This document shows, piece by piece, positions 54,117 to 60,500 of a DNA stretch of 62,662 nucleotides. The position numbers and the translations under genes were made by a program. Source of the DNA: an uncultured Elusimicrobia bacterium (lineage in GTDB: Bacteria > Elusimicrobiota > Elusimicrobia > UBA1565 > UBA9628). Where the stretch lies: assembly GCA_964374095.1 (NCBI GenBank), contig CAYJXJ010000004.1, positions 1-62,662 of the forward strand, given 5' to 3'. Under the pieces are notes generated by a model. That model did not search any database. It had not been told where the DNA came from and was given only the letters and a program-made list of their open reading frames with translations. How positions within the stretch are numbered: the first letter of the stretch is position 1; every line of letters starts with the position of its first letter.

Positions 54117-54467
54117 TCAAAGACGTCGCGGCAGCGAACGGCCCGCGGCGTTTTTGACCCGGCGGACGTAGCTGTGGGCAATGGGATTGCCCTTTGCGTC
54201 AATGCGATGCCTGAACCCTCGCTTCTCCAGAATTTTCTCGATGCGGGCGTACGCCTCGTCCGAGATGCCGGCGGCGTTCAAGGCAAGGTCTACATCCAAC
54301 GATCCGACATGCGGCTCATCCTTCGCGACGCCTTGCGTCAATAGAAATGGCACCCAGCCGCCGATGACGACAATGTCTTCGCGATAGGGGCCCAGGTAGG
54401 TCAACAGCTCGGCCAGGACCGAGAGAGCCGCCTGGGTTTCGTCCGTGGGGTATTCGCTCTTGTTCAT
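54117..54467 (-). CDS. nucleotidyltransferase-fold protein (AbiEii/MNT-like), short or truncated
   Basis: IVVIGGWVPFLL...GSLDVDLAL NTase motif. ATG 54467 overlaps the upstream stop (ATGA). Only 116 aa. Confidence 0.6.
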   Translation of the reverse strand: MNKSEYPTDETQAALSVLAELLTYLGPYREDIVVIGGWVPFLLTQGVAKDEPHVGSLDVDLALNAAGISDEAYARIEKILEKRGFRHRIDAKGNPIAHSYVRRVKNAAGRSLPRRL

Positions 54468-56041
54468 GAGGCCAGCCACTCGTGGACTTCTTCGGCTTTG
54501 AGTTTGATCTCATTGAAGCTTTCCGTGTAGGGGCTTGTCACGATTCCGAAAAGATCCTGGAACCGCTTGTTGGCCTCGTATCTTTGAGCCCGGTCCTCGG
54601 ACCACTTGGCCTCCAAGGCCGCCTTGAGCATTAAACCGTACTTAATCCAACCGTTATTGAACCACGTCCGCGTCCGCAGCTCCTCGACATCATGATCTAC
54701 CGGGAAGATGGAAATTGCTCCTTGAAGAAGGGTGCGATTCTGAGCGCGGAAAGCCGCTTCGAGCCTGGCCAGCCATAACTTGATGCGCAAGAAGTCCAGC
54801 TCCCGGTCCCTGTCCGCCGGGGACAAGGCGCCCGTCATTTCCATGGCCCTCCCTAGGGCATCCGCCGCAGCGGCCGCGTCATTGGATCGAAACAGGCGGG
54901 CGTCACCCTGATCGCGCAGGCGCAGGAACTCGTGGAGCTTCGCCTCCTGCTCGATGGTTCGCTCCCCCTGGACGGGCTGGATATTCTCTCGCAGGATGGG
55001 CTGGAGGCAGCGCTCCGCCAGCGCCTCCGCCTGCTCCTCGCCGCGGCCATGTGCGTTCTTCAAATCCACGTATAGTTGTACGTCCGAGACGATGTTCCGA
55101 TTCTGAACCCGCTGCCGCCTGAAGAAAACACCTTCGTCTTGGGCTGGAAAGATCAAGCAGTTCCCCCCGGAGGGAACTGCTTTAAGGTCAAGTTCCGAAG
55201 CGATGGATTCGAGCCCTCCCCGAACATACGCATGGAGCCTATTGGCCCGGACGAACGGCGCCCGGTATCGGGCGCCGGCGAATAGGGTCAAGGCGTACTG
55301 GAATCCTTTCTTGACGCTCAGCTCATCAAGACGCTGCTCGAACTGTTGCAACGGCTCGGAAGTATAGTACTCGGCGTGAGGCTTATCTCGCAAAGTTTCA
55401 GCCTTGACCCATTCAGCAAGGAGGGCCTGCCGATCCTTCAAGTAGCTGCGCCCAGCAATGAGCGTGACATAGGCGCCCCCCTGGAGACGCCGGACCACCC
55501 GGTTGACCAGGCCCAGGCTGGTCCCCGTTTCCTTGCTGAGCGCGAGCTGCCGCCAATCTTTGAGGGGCTGGCACAGCAGAGCGCGCACGATGCGCAATGA
55601 TTTGGGCGCGAACAAGCGCCGGCTTTCGCGGCGCGGCGCCGGGGGCTTGCCTTCCACTGACTTGGAAATCAGGATGGTCCGATAGCTGATCCAGCAGTTA
55701 CCGATCTCATCGAAGCAGCCGATGCCCGCTTGGCGACACAGTTGGGAGGCGCGCTGGCTTATGTAGGGGGCGAATAGGAGCGGGTAGACCTTCTTTTCCT
55801 CATCCCCCAACAGCTGAAGCTGTCCGATCAGTTCATAGACCCGGCGAGGTTCGGCGTTGGGCTTGGCATAGAGCCCAAGCTCCAACGGCAGTCCCTTGAG
55901 TTCGGTGCGGTAGATGATACTCCAGGTAGGGGCCTTCCCCCGCCCCGAAGCGGTACGGCGGCCGGTAGCGGAACGAGACCGTCCGGGCGGGCCTGTCCAG
56001 AGACACCCCCCAGCCGGACCGCTCATCATGACCGAGGGCAT
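54464..56041 (-). CDS. wHTH-containing hypothetical protein coupled to the NTase gene (AbiEi-like partner?)
   Basis: Central wHTH-like LALSKETGTSLGLVNRVVRRLQGG and VQLYVDLKNAHGRGEEQAEAL. Start set at ATG 56041 (56029/56026 are alternatives), because upstream codons of the ORF-track frame read through unrelated gene fragments. Confidence 0.5.
   Translation of the reverse strand: MPSVMMSGPAGGCLWTGPPGRSRSATGRRTASGRGKAPTWSIIYRTELKGLPLELGLYAKPNAEPRRVYELIGQLQLLGDEEKKVYPLLFAPYISQRASQLCRQAGIGCFDEIGNCWISYRTILISKSVEGKPPAPRRESRRLFAPKSLRIVRALLCQPLKDWRQLALSKETGTSLGLVNRVVRRLQGGAYVTLIAGRSYLKDRQALLAEWVKAETLRDKPHAEYYTSEPLQQFEQRLDELSVKKGFQYALTLFAGARYRAPFVRANRLHAYVRGGLESIASELDLKAVPSGGNCLIFPAQDEGVFFRRQRVQNRNIVSDVQLYVDLKNAHGRGEEQAEALAERCLQPILRENIQPVQGERTIEQEAKLHEFLRLRDQGDARLFRSNDAAAAADALGRAMEMTGALSPADRDRELDFLRIKLWLARLEAAFRAQNRTLLQGAISIFPVDHDVEELRTRTWFNNGWIKYGLMLKAALEAKWSEDRAQRYEANKRFQDLFGIVTSPYTESFNEIKLKAEEVHEWLAS
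55944..56013 (-). pseudogene. 3'-terminal fragment of a further YfhO-like gene
   Basis: 70 nt with 4 mismatches to 58438-58507. Encodes WGVSLDRPARTVSFRYRPPY. Confidence 0.6.
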
Positions 56042-56436
56042 GTGGCCGTCCCGTTTCTCGATGGCGAGCTTCTGGGTCTCGACCCGGCGGAGCTGGATGA
56101 GCTGGGGCGTGATGGCTTCCTTCTGCATGCGCAGGCCCTCGGCCTTGATCTTGATACGTTCCAGGTCGCGCTTGGCCTTCAGGGCATGCTGCTCGGCGAT
56201 CTGCCATTCAGCCCTTTGGGGTGATCGACCAGGGGCCTGCAGCGGCGGATTGCGGGAACAAAAGGGGTGGCCAGATCGTACCTGCGAGAGGGAGTACGCC
56301 TTGCTCGCAGGTATGAAGCATGCGTGCCTCTCTCGACCGCAGGTCCCCCCACGCGTCTCTACGCGCTCCGGCGCGCCTGGACCCGGCCCCCGCACCGCGA
56401 CCTGCGCTGAAGATTCTCTCCGGTCTTTCCTTTCTT

Positions 56437-56565
56437 GAGTGCGGCATTCCACGTTTCGGTGTCGTGCGATGCCTCTGCCGCCAGCGCGGCAACGATCTCT
56501 TCGTGCCCTACAACTGCAAGCGGCGCCTGGCATGTCCGAGTTGTGATTCAAAGCGCGCGGTAGTT
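56437..56565 (+). mobile_element. fragment of an IS91-family (Y2 transposase) zinc-binding domain
   Basis: ..RCLCRQRGNDLFVPYNCKRRLACPSCDSKRAV matches the C..C...SCK.R.CPSC..KR pattern. No transposase body follows. Confidence 0.4.
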
Positions 56566-56736
56566 GAGATTGAAGGAGCGGCTTTTAAGTCTGGCCGTGA
56601 AAGTTTAAATATACTTCCTATTGACAATCCAGAATTGTCGAGTTAAGCTATATTTAAACCGAATGGATTGGATGGTTTATATAAGACACTATTTGACAAT
56701 CCTCGATTTATATCTAGAGCTATAAATAAACCAGCT

Positions 56737-57534
56737 ATGGCCGACTCCACTCAGCACCAAGGTAAGCTTTCTGAACTCCTCGGCAAATGGCCGAAGGGAG
56801 CGGTTGTCGTTCAAGGTTGGCTCGACAAGCAAGGCATATCTCGCCAGCTTGCGGACCGCTATTGCCGCTTCCATTGGATGCGCCGCATAGGACGCGGGGC
56901 CTATACGCGGCTCAAGGAAAGCGTGGAGTGGATGGGCGGACTCTACGCGATGCAGCAGCAGCTCGGCCTTCCGATTCACGCTGGAGCCAAGACGGCGCTT
57001 GAGCTTCAGGGCTATGCCCACTACATACCCATGCGCAAAGGCGGGACACAGTGGCTGTTCGGCCCTCCGAAGGTGAAGCCGCCGGCGTGGTTCTTGAAGC
57101 ACGATTGGGAAGATCGGCTGCGCTATGTGGCGACCAATCTCTTCCAGACGAGCCCGGAACTGGGTCTGACCAAGAAGCGGATAGAGGACTACTCGATAAG
57201 GCTCTCGGCTCCCGAGCGCGCGATGCTGGAGTTGCTTGACCAACTGCCGAAGAGCCAATCCTTCGAGGAGGCCCGACAGCTGATGGAAGGCCTCGCCACC
57301 CTGCGGCCCGAGCTCGTGCAGCAGCTTCTGGAGAACTGCCGCTCGATAAAGGCTAAGCGGCTCTTTTTGCTTCTCGCCGAGATATGCGGACATCGGTGGC
57401 TTTCCGGGGTAAACTTGAAGAGCGTGGACCTCGGCAAAGGGAAACGCCTCATGGTCAAGGGCGGGCACTTCGATCAAAAGTTTCAGATAAGCACCCCATA
57501 CGAGCGGCCCGACAAGGAACAGATACCGGCATGA
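56737..57534 (+). CDS. AbiEi-family type IV toxin-antitoxin antitoxin / transcriptional regulator
   Basis: LLGKWPKGAVVVQGWLDKQGISRQLADRYCRFHWMRRIGRGAYT N-terminal wHTH pattern. ERAMLELL. The stop overlaps the toxin start (ATGA). Confidence 0.8.
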   Translation: MADSTQHQGKLSELLGKWPKGAVVVQGWLDKQGISRQLADRYCRFHWMRRIGRGAYTRLKESVEWMGGLYAMQQQLGLPIHAGAKTALELQGYAHYIPMRKGGTQWLFGPPKVKPPAWFLKHDWEDRLRYVATNLFQTSPELGLTKKRIEDYSIRLSAPERAMLELLDQLPKSQSFEEARQLMEGLATLRPELVQQLLENCRSIKAKRLFLLLAEICGHRWLSGVNLKSVDLGKGKRLMVKGGHFDQKFQISTPYERPDKEQIPA

Positions 57535-58409
57535 ACCCGGCCTATGTCGAGCAGACGCGGCTCATGCTCCGCGTCTTGCCATTCGTGGCCAAAGAGGATT
57601 GTTTCGCGCTGAAGGGCGGCACGGCGATCAACTTCTTCGTGCGCGACCTGCCGAGACTCTCCGTGGATATCGACCTGGTTTATTTGCCGATCAACTCCAG
57701 GCAAGAAGCTCTCTCGGGGATCAGCGCGGCGCTCAAGAGGATCAAGGCGGACGCGCTCCGCGGCCTGGGGCAAGGGTTCACCATCCAAGAGGGCGTCGCC
57801 GGAGGCATGACCTCCAAGCTGTTCGTCAAAGGGCCGGGTGGAACGGTGAAAGTCGAGCCGAACTTCGTCCTTCGTGGGACGGTGAGCGCTCCGGCAAAGC
57901 GCGCCGCATCGAAGAAGGTCGTCGCGACATTCGACCTGTCCGTCTCCATCATGACGGCCGCCAACACCGACCTGTACGGCGGCAAGATATGCGCCGCATT
58001 AGATCGACAACACCCGCGCGATCTCTTCGACATCGAGCCGCTCATCTGGCGGCAAGTCCTCGTGCCGAGTTCCATCACCTTCGCCAAGCTCATCCGGGAG
58101 GAGATCGGCGGAGCCGAGGCCGCTACCGGGGCGGTGGACGCGGGAGTGATGGCCGACCTCGGTGAGCCGCTGGGAGCGCCGGTCACCCTCGGCGCCGGCC
58201 TCCAGAACCTGGGAGGCAGGCTGCGGTACCAGTCCTCCAGCGAGGAACTGCCCCTGGCCTGGCGGCTGGGAGCGGCCTGGAAACCCTTCGACGGCGCCGC
58301 CCTGGCCGCGGACATAAGCCGGTTCAATAGAGACGAGCTCCCGGCGCACGCCGGTCTCGAATACGTCTTCGGCGACCGGCACGCCTTCAGCGCGGCCTGG
58401 CGCTGGTAG
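57531..58409 (+). CDS. AbiEii/AbiGii-family nucleotidyltransferase toxin, C-terminally replaced by an OMP-like beta-barrel fragment (chimeric, possibly inactive)
   Basis: FALKGGTAINFF...LSVDIDLVY...GGKICAALDRQHPRDLFDI NTase signature up to ~58040. From ~58140 the sequence reads LGAGLQNLGG..LPLAWRLGAAW..GLEYVFGDRHAFSAAWRW, with a terminal aromatic residue. Confidence 0.7.
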   Translation: MNPAYVEQTRLMLRVLPFVAKEDCFALKGGTAINFFVRDLPRLSVDIDLVYLPINSRQEALSGISAALKRIKADALRGLGQGFTIQEGVAGGMTSKLFVKGPGGTVKVEPNFVLRGTVSAPAKRAASKKVVATFDLSVSIMTAANTDLYGGKICAALDRQHPRDLFDIEPLIWRQVLVPSSITFAKLIREEIGGAEAATGAVDAGVMADLGEPLGAPVTLGAGLQNLGGRLRYQSSSEELPLAWRLGAAWKPFDGAALAADISRFNRDELPAHAGLEYVFGDRHAFSAAWRW

Positions 58410-58411
58410 CG
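58369..58411. repeat. right arm of the perfect 43-bp inverted repeat
   Basis: Exact reverse complement of 54001-54043. Confidence 0.9.
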
Positions 58412-60484
58412 TCAGGGGCCCTCCGGGCCTTGACTCGACCCGAGGCGGTACGGCGGCCGGTAGCGGAAGGCGACCGTCCGCGCGGGCCTGTCCAGAGACA
58501 CCCCCCAGAAGGTCCCGTAGGCGGGCACGATCTCGACCTCCCGCCCGTCCGCCCAGCACCGCCAGAACGGGCTGTAGCTGTTGCTCACGACCAGAAACCC
58601 CGGACCCTCCATGCGCGTCGCCAGGTCCAGGCGGTCCGGCTCGTAGCGGGTGAACTCGGCCGCGCCCGCGGCCAAGCTCCGGCCGACGCCGCCGGAGGAC
58701 GCCTTCTCGAGATAGGCCGCCTCCCGCAGCGCCCCCGGACCGGCCCCGGCCATGGCCTCCAGCAGGCTCCCGCGGTCTGCGAAGACCTGGATCGCTCGAA
58801 CGAAGTACGCGCGGGGCAGGACCGTCTTGTTCTCGTACAGGTAGAAGTAGGTCTTGCCGGTGAAATTCTCACGGACCCGGAGCCGGACCCGCTCCCACCG
58901 CGTCATGGACTCCCAGGGCCGCTGGCCCAGGATCTCGAGTGCGTCCGGATGGATGAGGGGATGGCGCGAGATCAAGTACCGCACGTTGGCCAAGGACAGC
59001 AGGTTCATCCGGGCGAAGGCGTCGATGGGGACGCCCCCCGGCAGGGAGCGGACGTCCCCGGGCCAGAAGAGATAGAGACGGTTCCCAATCGGGACGAAGG
59101 CCTCGGATCGTTGTTCCGGATCCAGCCGGGCCTGGGACCGGGCGTTATAATCGATGACCCTGTCCCAAAAGCGTTCATAGGCGGCTGGAAACAGATTCAG
59201 GATGCCGTCGGCCGCTTCGAGCCCATGGGCCATGGCGTAGGCCGGAACTAAGCCGTGCGTGAAGCTGGCCACCCGGAAGGGCGGCAGCGGCGTTCGCGCG
59301 GCCAGCTCCTTGAGGACGGGGCTCGAGTAGTTGGCGCGAAAGCCCCCTTGGAAGAACCAGTCCCGCAGGTTGTCGGCCTTGCGGACGAGGGATTGCCCCA
59401 GGAGGAGGAGCGCCCACAAGGCCAGGACCAGCCCTCGCCGCGGGAGCTGGTCGAGGCCCGAGGCCGTCAGCAGAAGCGCGAAGAGGATGCCCATGAAGGA
59501 CAGCCGCTGGAGGATCATGAAGCCGCCCACCCCCGGAACAGCCCCGGACAGGGCGATCCGCGCCCCTTCCAAGGCCGCTCCTCCCAGGGCGCACACGAGG
59601 AGCGCCCACAAGAGCTCCCACCGGACGCGGCCGTAGCGAGCGCCCAGCGCCGCGAACACGAGCGGGAGCCCGACGACGCGGTGCGGGAAAAAGACCCATG
59701 AGAGATGCTCGGCGAGGGACCGGCTCAGCGGCGGGGTCCCATGGCTCGTCCGGTTGGACCAACTCGCGTGCAGCGCCATGGCCCACGCCGTCTGCAGGTG
59801 CGGGAGCAGCGACACGGCCGCGAAAGCGGCGAACACCCAGGCCATCTTCCACGTCCAAAGACCGCGGACCGCGGCCAGCCACAGCGCCGCGCCGAGAAGT
59901 CCGAAAGGCAATGACATCGCCACGGAGGAGGTCATGGCGTTAACCAGCCCCAAACCCGCGGCCCAGACCAGGGGCTGGGACCGGCGCCCGCGGGCGATCT
60001 CCTCGAGCTGCCACGCCATGAACGGCAGCAAGAGCCAGCCGCCCCGGAAGCCGGGATCATTTGGAACGGACAGGCAGAAAGCGGCCCCCGCGGCCAGGGA
60101 GCACCAGGGCGAAAGCCGGAGCCGCTCGCGCGCCAGGAGATAGGCGTAGTAGGCGCCCAGGAAGTACTGGAGCAGGTGGAACACGGCGTAGGCGGCCCAG
60201 ATCGGGAGCGCCAGGCCGAGCAGGGAGGTGCTGTGGAGGTGCGAGATGTCATTGGCCAGGCGATCCACGCCGCAGGCCATGTGGGGGAGCCAGTGATGGG
60301 AGCTTGCCCGGTAGCCCGCGGAGGCCAGGAGGATGTCCCGAGGGACGGTGTGGTCCGCGGTGTCGTAGTGCCTGATCATCGAGGCGGGGCCCAGGAGGAG
60401 CCCCTCGAGGCTCAGCCACAGGGCGATGGCGCCGCAGAGGCGCAGGGCACGGGGGTCGCCGTTGGAGAGCCGGAGGACACTCAT
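58412..60484 (-). CDS. YfhO-like GT-C membrane glycosyltransferase, paralogue 2
   Basis: Same architecture as 50165-52204. The C-terminal ~200 codons are identical to paralogue 3. Confidence 0.85.
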   Translation of the reverse strand: MSVLRLSNGDPRALRLCGAIALWLSLEGLLLGPASMIRHYDTADHTVPRDILLASAGYRASSHHWLPHMACGVDRLANDISHLHSTSLLGLALPIWAAYAVFHLLQYFLGAYYAYLLARERLRLSPWCSLAAGAAFCLSVPNDPGFRGGWLLLPFMAWQLEEIARGRRSQPLVWAAGLGLVNAMTSSVAMSLPFGLLGAALWLAAVRGLWTWKMAWVFAAFAAVSLLPHLQTAWAMALHASWSNRTSHGTPPLSRSLAEHLSWVFFPHRVVGLPLVFAALGARYGRVRWELLWALLVCALGGAALEGARIALSGAVPGVGGFMILQRLSFMGILFALLLTASGLDQLPRRGLVLALWALLLLGQSLVRKADNLRDWFFQGGFRANYSSPVLKELAARTPLPPFRVASFTHGLVPAYAMAHGLEAADGILNLFPAAYERFWDRVIDYNARSQARLDPEQRSEAFVPIGNRLYLFWPGDVRSLPGGVPIDAFARMNLLSLANVRYLISRHPLIHPDALEILGQRPWESMTRWERVRLRVRENFTGKTYFYLYENKTVLPRAYFVRAIQVFADRGSLLEAMAGAGPGALREAAYLEKASSGGVGRSLAAGAAEFTRYEPDRLDLATRMEGPGFLVVSNSYSPFWRCWADGREVEIVPAYGTFWGVSLDRPARTVAFRYRPPYRLGSSQGPEGP
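58452..59056. repeat. 605-bp perfect direct repeat, copy 1
   Basis: Compared line by line with 60532-61136; no mismatch seen. Offset exactly 2080 bp. Confidence 0.9.
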
Positions 60485-60500
60485 CGGGGGCGCCGCTCCC

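Noticed and set aside
56042-56551. Upstream 170 codons of the 695-aa ORF 54464-56551.
   Set aside because: This part reads through a YfhO 3' fragment (in a different frame), an SPFH-like fragment and antisense IS91-like debris. It is unlikely to belong to a genuine protein.
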